Source: Tubulanus polymorphus (lineage: Eukaryota; Animalia; Nemertea). From it: a DNA stretch of 64,000 nucleotides. The number at the start of each line of letters is the position of its first letter. Position 1 is the stretch's first letter. A program made the translations under genes and the position numbers. The notes under the pieces are model-generated. The model was given only the letters and a program-made list of their open reading frames with translations. It did not search any database and was not told the origin of the DNA. Location: positions 2,666,001-2,730,000 of the forward strand of contig NC_134035.1 in assembly GCF_964204645.1 (NCBI RefSeq), in the 5' to 3' direction. Positions 34,499-45,907 of the stretch are shown here, piece after piece.

Positions 34499-35533
34499 TT
34501 ACATATTTCTCTTGATACAGCACAACATATTCCGGAGTTCTTTCTTGAATGTGGGGTTTATAAATGAAAAAACTATGAAATTGACGATACCGGTAAAGGA
34601 ACCGATGTTCTGAGTACATGCATACAACCACGGTCGCTTGTACAGGGTTTTTAAGGCTTTACTCTTAGGTGTGACACCCTGATAAACATGAATCATAGCA
34701 GCAGGTCCCTTCAGTAACAAGTAACTGAACACAATTGAAAGTACGACGGCGGTTGCCTGGGCATTGTGAGATTTAGGAATACTAACATTTCGCTTAATCG
34801 AAAGGGCGCTTTTAGAAACTACAATCAGAATACCAATATTGAACATTGCTATGATTACTACAGGTATCAATACACCGTATATACCAATACGAAATCTCGC
34901 AAGAAATTTCTCCAGGTTATTTCTCCTCCAGACTGTTTCATAACCGGGTAATCCGTAAGGGCAACTGACTGGGACCAAGTCAATACTGGTCATTGGTTTG
35001 AATGGAGGAAAAGGAATCCATAGTAAAACTTTCTGAAATGCGGAACAAAGTAATATAAAACTTAAACTTAATGACAAGTTGAATTTACTGGTCCACTGTG
35101 GTGCCCGGAACGGATCGTAAATGTGCAAGAATCTATCAATTGTAAGCATCGCGATCACCCACGGCTCCGAAGTGACAAGAACCGTGCCGACTCCAGCTGA
35201 AACGGATAAGTAGAAATGGGGGAAAATGTTGCCTTTATGAATGTGAAATGCAAGTTCACCGAAAGCAGCTAGCGCAGCAGTGTATCGGAGTGAGATAGCC
35301 ATATAACTAAGAGAAAGCGCCGCAGCGTCAAAACCAGCCCACACCTGCATGAGCCAAGCGGAAGAGTGGAAGCCTTTATTCGATTGGCCCCTGGCAATGC
35401 GACGATAGACAAATACAGTGATCACATCCAGTATAACACCTGAAATTCCTGTCGGTAAAATTGCCACGGATGTAATAATGATCGGCCCGAACGGCTGCAG
35501 CGGACACTGATGAGAGCTATTAGCTGTTGTCAT
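34499..35533 (-). CDS. Orphan intronless class A GPCR, cluster copy 1 (FMRFamide-receptor-like / chemoreceptor-like expansion), 344 aa
   Basis: 7 TM pattern; TM2 WAGFD, TM3 LTIDRF, ICL2 DPFRA, TM5 LIP..I..FNI, TM6 YLLLKGP, TM7 VNFIVF, helix 8 NPTFKKEL. Confidence 0.9.
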   Translation of the reverse strand: MTTANSSHQCPLQPFGPIIITSVAILPTGISGVILDVITVFVYRRIARGQSNKGFHSSAWLMQVWAGFDAAALSLSYMAISLRYTAALAAFGELAFHIHKGNIFPHFYLSVSAGVGTVLVTSEPWVIAMLTIDRFLHIYDPFRAPQWTSKFNLSLSLSFILLCSAFQKVLLWIPFPPFKPMTSIDLVPVSCPYGLPGYETVWRRNNLEKFLARFRIGIYGVLIPVVIIAMFNIGILIVVSKSALSIKRNVSIPKSHNAQATAVVLSIVFSYLLLKGPAAMIHVYQGVTPKSKALKTLYKRPWLYACTQNIGSFTGIVNFIVFSFINPTFKKELRNMLCCIKRNM

Positions 35534-36885
35534 TGCACCAGGTCGTCTTCACAATGAAGTTTGGCTTGAATGGAATTAGTTTCTTTGTCAATGCAATTCA
35601 TACTGAATAGATTTACCGCGTGGAATCGATAAAGGATGAATTCATGCTTGATTAGAATTAAACGATCATGAATTGCGGAGGATATTCTGAAAATCTTTGC
35701 GAGTATTTAAGAAACAATCGACAGATACAAATATCTATTAGAGAAATGAACGAATGAGAATTTGAGAAATAAATGAATCGACATAACGTTTTATACATGT
35801 GTGTATGTACGCAGTTCTGTATCCCTGGAAAATAACGCACATTTTGTTGCTTTGCAAATCGAAAACTTGAATTTAACAATTTACCAAAGTACGTAAGAGT
35901 AGCATCGTAGTATGGCAATCTTAAATTTTCGAGAAAAAGTTTCAGCGTTAAGAACAATGAGATATCATTTCTGAAGTGCACAATTTTTTAGTTAAAAAGA
36001 CTTGATTGAGGTTGACGGTTAGTTTCTTTCGAGTCATCTATTTTCGTTACGTGTATGATTATCATTAAGGGTGGTACACAACTATTTGAGACAAATTGTC
36101 ATTGCGTTGTATACAATAACGTCGACAAAAGAGTATTAAAGGATATCGTCCAATATTTCTGTTCTCTATTTGGCTAAAGTTTATATCTCTATATTTAGTA
36201 CGATAGGCCGATAATCTGATATTTTCATATAACGAATTCAATGTTTTTCTCTGGTGTAATGCGTAGCCGATTTTCCGGCATTTAATAAAGGCTGTCGGGT
36301 TGAAATTCAAACGTGGAAAAATCGAATACGGAATCTCTATAGAGTATCATATACATGATAATTAACATTATACAGTCAACTATTAATCTAAAAATCTAAC
36401 CACAACTAAAATCGTTAAAAGCCTAACCTCGATTTTGAACAGGTTTTTTTATTAGATACACTACTGGGGACATTCTATATACATTATCAATCCCTGTCCA
36501 CGTGTAATAATTAATCAGGAAATTCTTAGATTTCACTGATTTAATTTTGGTATTAATTATTAGTCCTGTTTTCAACCGTTTCATTGCTGTGTATCATCAT
36601 AAACATAGGAAAACTATTTTGACTAACTGTAGCTATTAGAAAATGTGGTCTTTTTGGGGGACGGGGAAATTTACGATTTGGGATCCAAGCATACCCCCAA
36701 ATGAAGGTCACCATCAGACAGATTGCTGACTACAATAGAAGATTTGCCCGGTGGTCCGTGACTGAGGACTACCCGTATTACTCTTGTACCATATATGTAT
36801 ACATGTGTGGTTTGTGAAAATATGTGACGGTGAAACATGAAACCAACCAACAGGATACAGACTACTAACACGGAGCTTGTATAAT

Positions 36886-36921
36886 CTACGAGCAATTATC
36901 TAACTAGATAGTTGCTCGTAG
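36886..36921. mobile_element. 36-bp hairpin insertion with 7-bp target duplication
   Basis: CTACGAGCAATTATCTA-AC-TAGATAGTTGCTCGTAG flanked by GTATAAT on both sides; absent at the paralogous site (~34240-34250). Confidence 0.8.
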
Positions 36922-37180
36922 GTATAATAAGGTAGCGTAAAGTTCAAAATCTTGTTCATAAACATTAAGGCAATAATATTGTCATCTTATTGATTTACGA
37001 TAGTTGTGTATATTTATCGTAGTATAATAGGTAATTCAATGCAATTACTCTGAACCAAATGAAAAGCAAGAAAAATTTTATCGTTAAGAAATGCAAAATT
37101 GCAAGTACACCATGAATCTGTTAGAAGTACCACCCGAAAGCAGGTGCTTGCCCGAATAAAAGGAGCCTCTGTTGGTGTTT

Positions 37181-38215
37181 TTACATATTTCTCTTGATAC
37201 AGCACAACATATTCCGGAGTTCTTTCTTGAATGTGGGGTTTATAAATGAAAAAACTATAAAATTGACGATACCGGTAAAGGAACCGATGTTCCGAGTACA
37301 TGCATACAACCACGGTCGCTTGTACAGGGTTTTTAAGGCTTTGCCCTCAGGTGTGACACCCTGATAAACATGTATCATAGCAGCAGGTCCCTTCAGTAAC
37401 AAGTAACTGAACACAATTGAAAGTACGACGGCGGTTGCTCGGACATTGTGAGATTTAGGAATACTAACATTTCGTTTAATCGAAAGGGCGCTTTTAGAAA
37501 CTATAATCAGAATACCAATATTGAACATTGCTATGATTACTACAGGTATCAATACACCGTATATACCAATACGAAATCTCGCAAGAAATTTCTCCAGGTT
37601 ATTTCTCCTCCAGACTGTTTCATAACCGGGTAATCCGTAAGGGCAACTGACTGGGACCAAGTCAATACCGGTCATTGGTTTGAATGCAGGAAAAGGAATC
37701 AATAGTAAAACTCTCTGAAATACGGAACAAAGTAATATAAAACTTAAACTTAATGACAAGTTGAATTTGCTGGTCCACTGTGGTGCCCGGAACGGATCGT
37801 AAATGTGCAAGAATCTATCAATTGTAAGCATCGCGATCATCCATGGCTCCGTAGTCGCGAGCACCGTGCCGACTCCAGCTGAAGCGGATAAGTAGAAATG
37901 TGGAAAAATATTGCCTATATGAATTTGAAATGCAAGTTCACCGTAAGCAATTAACGCAGCAGTGTATCGGAGTGAGTTAGCCAGATAACTGGTAAACATC
38001 GCCGCAGCGTCAAAACCAGCCCACACCTGCATGAGCCAAGTGGAAGAGTGTACGCCTTTATTCGATTGGGCTCTGGCAATGCGATGATAGATAAATACAG
38101 CGATCACATCCAGTATAACACCTAAAATTCCTGTCGGTAAAATTGCCACGGATGTTATAATGATCGGCGCGAACGGCTGCAGCGGACACTGATGAGAGTT
38201 ATTAGCTGTTATCAT
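37181..38215 (-). CDS. Orphan GPCR cluster copy 2, 344 aa
   Basis: Full-length ORF, near-identical to copy 1. Confidence 0.9.
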   Translation of the reverse strand: MITANNSHQCPLQPFAPIIITSVAILPTGILGVILDVIAVFIYHRIARAQSNKGVHSSTWLMQVWAGFDAAAMFTSYLANSLRYTAALIAYGELAFQIHIGNIFPHFYLSASAGVGTVLATTEPWMIAMLTIDRFLHIYDPFRAPQWTSKFNLSLSLSFILLCSVFQRVLLLIPFPAFKPMTGIDLVPVSCPYGLPGYETVWRRNNLEKFLARFRIGIYGVLIPVVIIAMFNIGILIIVSKSALSIKRNVSIPKSHNVRATAVVLSIVFSYLLLKGPAAMIHVYQGVTPEGKALKTLYKRPWLYACTRNIGSFTGIVNFIVFSFINPTFKKELRNMLCCIKRNM

Positions 38216-39610
38216 TGTACCAGGTCGTCTTCACAATGAAGTTTGGCTCTCAAATGGAATTAGTTTCTTTGTCAATACAATTCATGCTGAATAGATTTAC
38301 TGAGTTGATTAAACGATCATGAATTGCTGAGGATATTCTGAAAATCTTTGCGAGTATTTAAGGAACAATCGACAAGTACAAATATATATTAGAGAAATGC
38401 CTGAATAAGATTTTGAGAAATAAATGAATCGACATAACGTTTTATACATGTATGTATATGCGCAGTTCTGTATAAATGGATCCCTGGAAAATAACGCACA
38501 TTTTGTTGTTTTGCAAAGCGAGAACTTGAATTTAACAATTTACCAAAGTACGAGTATATGGCAATCTTAAATTTTCGAGAAAAGTTTCAGCGTTAAGAAC
38601 AATGAAATATAATTTCTGAATGTAATATTTTTAGTTAAAAAGACTTGATTGAGGTTAAACGATTAGTTTCTTTCGAGTCATTTATTTGGGTTTCATGTAT
38701 GATTGTCTTTAAGAATGGTACATAACTATTTGAGAAAAATTGCGTTGTATACTATAACGTCTAAAGTTCAATATGAATTGAATCTATGGAAAATAGAGCA
38801 CGTTTTCTAGCTTTAGAAAGAGAGCAATGGATTTGTAAGAGTAGTATTACATTTTTGCAAAATGATTTTTCAAATTGCGTATTCGATATGCGGTTTGAAT
38901 GTCCTCAGATTCCGTGTGTAAAATCTTAGAGTAACTCTTTTCCATGTCGGACAAATTCATCAGGAATCATTGATTACTTTTAAACGATTCGGTATAGAAG
39001 CTAAATGTCTGTTGCGAGCTTTTCATCGGTGTTGTGATTATAATTAGGCCTAGTCTGAAGTATAGGTTTTGTTTTTATTTCGAATTTCTGTTTTGAGTTC
39101 GTTCAAGCGCGTTAGTTATTCTCAAACGTTAGTTATTCAAAGTGTTTTTATGGATGAATTCGACTAATCGTTTTATGAAACAATGAGCTCAAAATATCAA
39201 TAGCTAATTTTCTGAATTCTTGATTTGTGACAAAATACGATTGTAAATTCTTATTACGAATTGGAAATGGACAATTCCGACGCCATTTTCTTCTGCATTC
39301 ATTGATCGGTTGATGGAACCAAAACCTTCACGAACAACATCTAAAATCTTGTAAAGTAAATGAATATTAAGGCAATGATCTACAATGATCTTGTATACAT
39401 TTATCGTTGTACAGTTCATTGCGATGACCTTTTACCAATCGAAAGATAATCATAAATACTATTGTAAAAGAATGCAAAATTTCACTTACGACATGACTTT
39501 ATATTTTATGACCTAATCCGTAATCGGATGCATTTCTTGGCTTGCTTTATTGAGACACAAACACAATGAATAAAAGGAACCTCTTTTGGTGTTTTTATCT
39601 ATTTCTCCCG

Positions 39611-40627
39611 TTACGGCACAACGTTCCAGAGTTCTTTTTTGAATGTAGGGTTTATAAATGAAAAAACTATAAAATTGACGATACCGGTAAAGGAACCGGT
39701 ATTCCGTGTAAATGCATACAACCACGGTCGCTTGTACAGGGCCTTCAGAGCTTTACCCTCAGGCGTGACAGCCCGATAGACATGTATCATAGCAGCAGGT
39801 CCCTTCAGTAACAGGTAGCTGAACACAATTGAAAGTACGACGGCGGTTGCCCGGGCATTGTGAGATTTAGGAATACTAACATTTCGTTTGATCGAAAGGG
39901 CGCTTTTAGAAACTACAATCAGAATACCAATATTAAACGTTGATATGATTGATATGGGTATTAACACACCGTATAAACTCATACGAAATCTCGATAGAAA
40001 TCTCTCCATTTTGTTTCTCCTCCAGAATGTTTCATAACCGGGTAATCCGTAAGGGCAACTGACTGGGACTAGTTCAATGCTGGTCATTGGTTTAAATGCA
40101 GGAAACGGTATGAATAGTAAAACCAAGAGAAATGATGAACAAAATAACATAAAACATAAACTTAATGACAAGTTGAATTTGCTGGTCCACTGTGGTGCTC
40201 TGAACGGATCGTAAACGTGCAAAAATCTATCAATTGTAAGCATCGCGATCAACCACGGCTCAGTAGCCACGAGCACCGCCCCCACTCCGGCGGGAACAGT
40301 CCGTATGTAGTATGGGAAAATGTCGCCTTTATTAGTGTAGAATACAAGTTTACCGTAAACAACTAGCGCAGCAGTGAACTGCAGTGAAGTACCCAAATAA
40401 CGCGTAGAAAGTGTCGCCGCATCAAAACCAGCCCACACCTGAACGAGCCAAGTGGAAGATTGAAAACCTTTATTCGATTGGGCTCTGGCAATGCGATGAT
40501 AGACAAATACAGTGATCACATCCAGTGTAACACCTGAAATTCTTGTCGGTAAAATTGCCACGGATGTTATAATGATCGGCCTGAACGGCTGCAGTGGACA
40601 CTGATGAGAGCCATTAGCTGTTGCCAT
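39611..40627 (-). CDS. Orphan GPCR cluster copy 3, 338 aa (frameshifted C-terminus)
   Basis: Full 7TM ORF; ends KKELWNVVP* because of a 2-nt deletion relative to the paralogs. Confidence 0.8.
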   Translation of the reverse strand: MATANGSHQCPLQPFRPIIITSVAILPTRISGVTLDVITVFVYHRIARAQSNKGFQSSTWLVQVWAGFDAATLSTRYLGTSLQFTAALVVYGKLVFYTNKGDIFPYYIRTVPAGVGAVLVATEPWLIAMLTIDRFLHVYDPFRAPQWTSKFNLSLSLCFMLFCSSFLLVLLFIPFPAFKPMTSIELVPVSCPYGLPGYETFWRRNKMERFLSRFRMSLYGVLIPISIISTFNIGILIVVSKSALSIKRNVSIPKSHNARATAVVLSIVFSYLLLKGPAAMIHVYRAVTPEGKALKALYKRPWLYAFTRNTGSFTGIVNFIVFSFINPTFKKELWNVVP

Positions 40628-41927
40628 TGCACCTCGTCTAACATCAGTTTCACAATGAAGTTTGATTCGCTATAGGATGAATTCAAGCTTGATTAAATTT
40701 AAACGATCATGAATAGCTGAGCATATTTTGAAAATCACCGCAAGTATTTAGGGAACAATCGACAAATGTACGAAGAGAAATGATCGAATGAGAATTTGCG
40801 AAATAAATGAATCGTCATAACGTTTTATACATGTATGTATATGTGCAGTTCTGTATAAATTGATCCCTGGAAAATAACGCACATTTTGTTGCTTTGCAAA
40901 GCGAAAACTGAATTTAACAATATTTACGAAAGTGCGTAAGAGTAGTGTAGTATGAAAATCACCGAAGCAAAAGTTCCAGCGTTAAGAACAATGAAGTATC
41001 ATTTCTGAAGTGTAATATTTTTAGATAAAAAGATTGGATTGAGGTTGACGGTTTTTTTTAATTTTCGAGTCATTCACTTGGTTGCACATGTATGATTATT
41101 ATTATTATTAGGTCTTGTATAAAGTAGGTTTGTTTATTTTGAATTTCAGTTCAAATCATTCATTTTTCTCTAAAACGTTATCTATTCGTCGGTTGAGACA
41201 TTGTTTATTAGGTTCATGAATATCAAACTATTTGACTTTAAAAATGCATAAGAGTCTCTTAACCTCTTTGATCATGGTTTGGATAAAACCAGGATATACA
41301 GAGACTCCTCTTCACTCGGTAGCGGGCTGTTCGGTATAAACCGCTCAAGTCAATTCATTTTGCTAACATTTATGCAATGAAATCTTCTATTTTTTATAAT
41401 TCTCTACTCTTAATCTTTACAGTCGACACCTCAAAGGTGCAGTTTAATGTATTTCATTCGATGTTTCGTCTCAAGCTGAAACTACTTACATTGCTTTTTT
41501 ATGGATGACTTTGATGACTTCAATCGTCCATGAAGCAATGAGCTCAAAATATCAATAGTTACTTTTAGAATACTTCATTTGTGTCAAAATACACATAAAT
41601 TCTAATGAAATTAGAACGCTTTATTTGCCTCCTGCGCCAAAGAGGCCAGTAATAACCGAAACTCATTTAACTGTTGATAAAAACAAAACCTTCACGAATA
41701 ATATTTGTAATATGTTTTTCAGTAAACAAAACATCAAGAAAATGATCTAATATATCTTTACATACATTTACAATGGATAATTCATTGCGATGACATTTTA
41801 TCAATCAAAAAGCAATCATACATACTATGGTTAGAAATGGCTTTCATTTTATGGCTTGATTCGATATCGGATGCGTTATGGCTTGCTTCATTTGAGATAC
41901 AAATAAAGTTAATAGAATAATGGTGTT

Positions 41928-42974
41928 TCATTGAATTCTGTTACGGCACAGCATGTGCCGGAGTTCTTTTTGAAATGTAGGATTTATAAATGAAAAAACT
42001 ATAAAATTGACGATACCGGTAAAGGAACCGGTATTCCGTGTAAATGCATACAACCACGGTCGCTTGTACAGGGCCTTCAGAGCTTTACCCTCAGGCGTGA
42101 CACTCTGATAAACATGTATCATAGCAGCAGGTCCCTTCAGTAACAGGTAGCTGAACACAATTGAAAATACGACGGCGGTTGCCCGGACATTGTGAGATTT
42201 AGGAATACTAACATTTCGCTTAATCAAAAGGGCGCTTTTAGAAACTACAGTTAGAATACCAATATTGAACATTGCTATGATTACTACGGGTATCAATACA
42301 CCGTATATACCGACACGAAATTTCGATAGAAATTTCTCCTGGTTATTTCTCCTCCAGACTGTTTTATAACCGGGTAATCCGTAAGGGCAACTGACTGGGA
42401 CCAGGTCAATGCTGGTCATTGGTTTAAATGCAGGAAACGGTATGAACAGTAAAACCAATAGAGATGCGGAATAAAATAACGTGAAACAGAAACTTAATGA
42501 CAAGTTGAACTTGGTGGTCCATTGTGGTGCTCTGAACGGATCGTAAACGTGCAAAAATCTATCAATTGTAAGTAATGTTATCAAACACGGCTCCGTCGTC
42601 ACAAGCACCGTGCCGATGCCAGATGGACCGGCTAAATAGAAATGGGGGAAAATATTGCCTTTATGAATGTGGAATGCAAGTTCACCATAAGTAACTAGCG
42701 CAGCAGTGTATCGGAGTGAGACACCCAAATAACTTGTAGAAAGCATAACAGCGTCAAAACCAGCCCACAACTGCATGAGCCAAGTAGATGAATGGAAGCC
42801 TTTGTACGATTGGGCTCTGGCAATGCGACGATAGACAAATACAGTGATCACATCCAGTATAACACCTAAAATTCCTGTCGGTAAAATTGCTACGGATGTT
42901 ATAATGATCGGCCCGAAAGGCTGCAGCGGACACTGATGGGAACTATTAGCTGTTATTATCGCCGCCACGCTCAT
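41928..42974 (-). CDS. Orphan GPCR cluster copy 4 (ATG at 42974, MSVAAIITAN...)
   Basis: The ORF-track start 43007 is GTG; the first in-frame ATG is 42974; same motifs as copy 1. Confidence 0.88.
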   Translation of the reverse strand: MSVAAIITANSSHQCPLQPFGPIIITSVAILPTGILGVILDVITVFVYRRIARAQSYKGFHSSTWLMQLWAGFDAVMLSTSYLGVSLRYTAALVTYGELAFHIHKGNIFPHFYLAGPSGIGTVLVTTEPCLITLLTIDRFLHVYDPFRAPQWTTKFNLSLSFCFTLFYSASLLVLLFIPFPAFKPMTSIDLVPVSCPYGLPGYKTVWRRNNQEKFLSKFRVGIYGVLIPVVIIAMFNIGILTVVSKSALLIKRNVSIPKSHNVRATAVVFSIVFSYLLLKGPAAMIHVYQSVTPEGKALKALYKRPWLYAFTRNTGSFTGIVNFIVFSFINPTFQKELRHMLCRNRIQ

Positions 42975-43648
42975 GTCTACGGTTGAATCGATAGAGGGCG
43001 AATTCACGACATGCTTGGTTACGATTTAACAATCATGAAGCGATCATGATGATAGTTTGAAATGCGCTGCAATATCATCGGAAGACCCATCTAAGAGGGT
43101 ACACAACATACCTATTTTGAATTGTCATTGTATTGTATACAAGTACGTCTAAAGTTCAATATGAAACGAATCCCTGGAAAATAGAGCACGTTTTCTAGCG
43201 TTGCAAACAGAAAAATGAATTTTTAAGAGTAATATCACATTCTTGCAAAATGATTTTTTCCATTTACGTATTCGATATGCGGTTTGAATGTCCTCAGATA
43301 ACGTGTGTAAAATCACGCTTTTCCATGTCGGACATATTCATCAGGAATTATCTATTAATTTTCAACAGCTTGGTTGAAGTTAACTGTTTCTTTCGAGCCA
43401 TTCATTAGGGGTTTATGATTATAGGCCTAGTCTCAAGTAGGTTTTGTTTTTATTTCGAATTATAGTTTTAAGTTCAAGCACGTTAGTCATTCTCAAACAC
43501 GTTAGTTATTCGTCGGTTGACATCGTTTACTAGGTTTACAAATATCAAACCATTTGACGGTTAGAAAATGCATCAGAACCTCTTAACCTACTTGATCGTG
43601 TTTTGGATGAAAACCTTGCGACACAAACACAATGAATAAAATGAGTCC

Positions 43649-44704
43649 CTAAATTCTCCTGTTACGACACAGCATGTACCGGAGTTCCTTTTTGAATGTA
43701 GGGTTAATGAATGAAAAAACTATAAAATTGACGATACCGGTAAAGGAACCGGTATTCCGTGTAAATGCATACAACCACGGTCGCTTGTACAGGGCCTTAA
43801 GAGCTTTACCCTCAGGCGTGACACTCTGATAAACATGTATCATAGCAGCAGGTCCCTTCAGTAACAAGTAGCTGAACACAATTGAAAGTACGACGGCGGT
43901 TGCCCGAACATTGTGAGCTTTAGGAATACTAACATTTCGTTTAATCGAAAGGGCGCTTTTAGAAACTACAATCAGAATACCAATATTGAACATTGCTATG
44001 ATTACTACGGGTATCAATACACCATATATACCAATATGAAATCTTGCGAGAAATTCCTCCTGTTTACTTCTCCTCCAGACTGTTTCATAACCGGGTAATC
44101 CGTAAGGGCAACTGACTGGAACCAAGTCAATACTGGTCATTGGTTTAAATGCAGGAAACGGTATGAACAGTAAAACCAACAGAAATGCGGAACTAAATAA
44201 CAAAAAACATAAACTTAATGACAAGTTGAATTTGCTGGTCCATTGTGGTGCTCTGAACGGATCGTAAACGTGCAAAAATCTATCAATTGTAAGCATCGCG
44301 ATCATCCACGGCTCAGTAGCCACGAGCACCGCCCCCACTCCGGCGGGAACAGTCAGGAAGAAGAGTGGGAAAATGTTGACTTTATGAATGTGAAATGCAA
44401 GGTTACCATGGGCAACTAGCGCAGCAGTGTACCGGAGTGAGTTAGCCAGATAACTCGTAGAAAGCGCCACTGCGTCAAAACCAGCCCATAACTGCATGAG
44501 CCAAGTGGAAGAGTGAAAGCCTTTGTTCGATTGGCCCCTGGCAATGCGACGATAGATAAATACAGTGATCACATCCAGTATAACACCTAAGATTCCTGTC
44601 GGTAAAATTGCCACGGATGTTAAAATGATCGGCGTGAACGGCTGCAGTGGACACTGATGAGAGCTATTAGCTGTTATTACCGTCACCGTGGCCGCCACGG
44701 TCAT
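43649..44704 (-). CDS. Orphan GPCR cluster copy 5 (ATG at 44704, MTVAATVTVITAN...)
   Basis: The ORF-track start 44755 is GTG; the first in-frame ATG is 44704; same motifs. Confidence 0.88.
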   Translation of the reverse strand: MTVAATVTVITANSSHQCPLQPFTPIILTSVAILPTGILGVILDVITVFIYRRIARGQSNKGFHSSTWLMQLWAGFDAVALSTSYLANSLRYTAALVAHGNLAFHIHKVNIFPLFFLTVPAGVGAVLVATEPWMIAMLTIDRFLHVYDPFRAPQWTSKFNLSLSLCFLLFSSAFLLVLLFIPFPAFKPMTSIDLVPVSCPYGLPGYETVWRRSKQEEFLARFHIGIYGVLIPVVIIAMFNIGILIVVSKSALSIKRNVSIPKAHNVRATAVVLSIVFSYLLLKGPAAMIHVYQSVTPEGKALKALYKRPWLYAFTRNTGSFTGIVNFIVFSFINPTFKKELRYMLCRNRRI

Positions 44705-44827
44705 GTCTACGGTTGAATTATAGTTGAATCGATAAGTGCAGGTTAGATTCACCACATGCTAGGTTGCAAATCGACGATGAAACCATTGTTAGAACAATCA
44801 TCGACGACATAACTTACATATATATAT

Positions 44828-45700
44828 TGTTACGGTCAGAAAGCACCAAGACGATATAAGCAGCAGCCAGACGATGAAAACAAAACGCATGGCATTTCAC
44901 GACACTGTTTGTTGTATATATTTCAGAGTGCTAAACTGTACAATTTGTCATCGAATCGACAGTACTGGTCGCCCGGGTTATATCTCGAATTAATGACACC
45001 AACTGATTGAAATAGGAACGACTAACTCTGCCCAGAGCCATTCGAACAAAGAATGAATATTGAATAGCATCATATGATATTGATACATGTATGTAACGTA
45101 AAAAGAGATGTTGATATATTTTGACATCTTGGCACATTTTTTGTTTTTACTAAAATATAAATCACACGCAATAGTACATCAAAATCAGGAACTTTACTAA
45201 TAACACTGTTTGATATATTTGCTAAAGCGGTATCTTCCGAATCAACTTCGTCAACATGATTCGAAACGTTTATGACGGTATCATTATCAGAGTCACGCAG
45301 ATCTATAGACCTTGGTTTCATCGAACGTGCGACAACTGGGAATAACCCTGGTATATCTGAAGCCAATTGTCCAGTTACAGAATCAAAATCGGGGATATTG
45401 GAAACAACAGGATTCAATATAACTAAACCACCCGCTAAATCACCACCGAGAATAAATGACAAAAATGGACGAAAAATGGGCGACGCCTAATCCAAACAAC
45501 CTTGAAATGAATATTCCATTATCGCCCTACATTTTGCAATCCTTAGATAATTTTACTGTTTGCAAACATTTCCTCAAAATATCAAATGCCTCTAAACCGA
45601 ATTTTCCATTTGACGAGAAATACATGATGATATACGACGATTCGGTGATAGAAAATCCTCAAGCTATTTTCTCGCACTTACAATCCCGCTCAAAAGTTTA
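44828..45700 (-). mobile_element. Gypsy-like LTR retrotransposon relic (protease-region fragment, possible LTR end)
   Basis: ORF 45070-45462 begins FILGGDLAGGLVILNPVV, resembling the ILGNDLAGG motif at the end of Gypsy aspartic proteases; TGTTAC at 44828 reads ...GTAACA on the minus strand, like an LTR end. Confidence 0.55.
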
Positions 45701-45907
45701 GACATTAAACCGCTGACATTAAAACCAAAACCTTCACAATTGTACGCATGCAAAGCATCGTCGATTCATATATTTCTCAAATATTTATCTTTCCTTGATG
45801 ATTGTTCGATTGCAGCACATTTCAAACTATCATCATGATCGCTTCATGATTGTTAAATCGTAACCAAGCATGCCGTGAATTCACCCTCTATCGATTCAAC
45901 CGTAGAC

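Larger units (their letters stand above)
33515..38710. repeat. Recent ~2.65-kb tandem duplication containing GPCR copies 1 and 2 with flanks
   Basis: ~33515-36060 aligns with ~36140-38710, including long identical non-coding runs. Confidence 0.9.

Noticed and set aside
34350-34951. Small ORFs overlapping the GPCRs (also 37014-37633, 39513-39725, 43913-44098)
   Set aside because: They recur only because the GPCR copies are near-identical; no independent evidence.
42975-43007. N-terminal extensions from GTG starts in GPCR copies 4-7
   Set aside because: The eukaryotic context favours the first in-frame ATG; an upstream spliced exon cannot be excluded.
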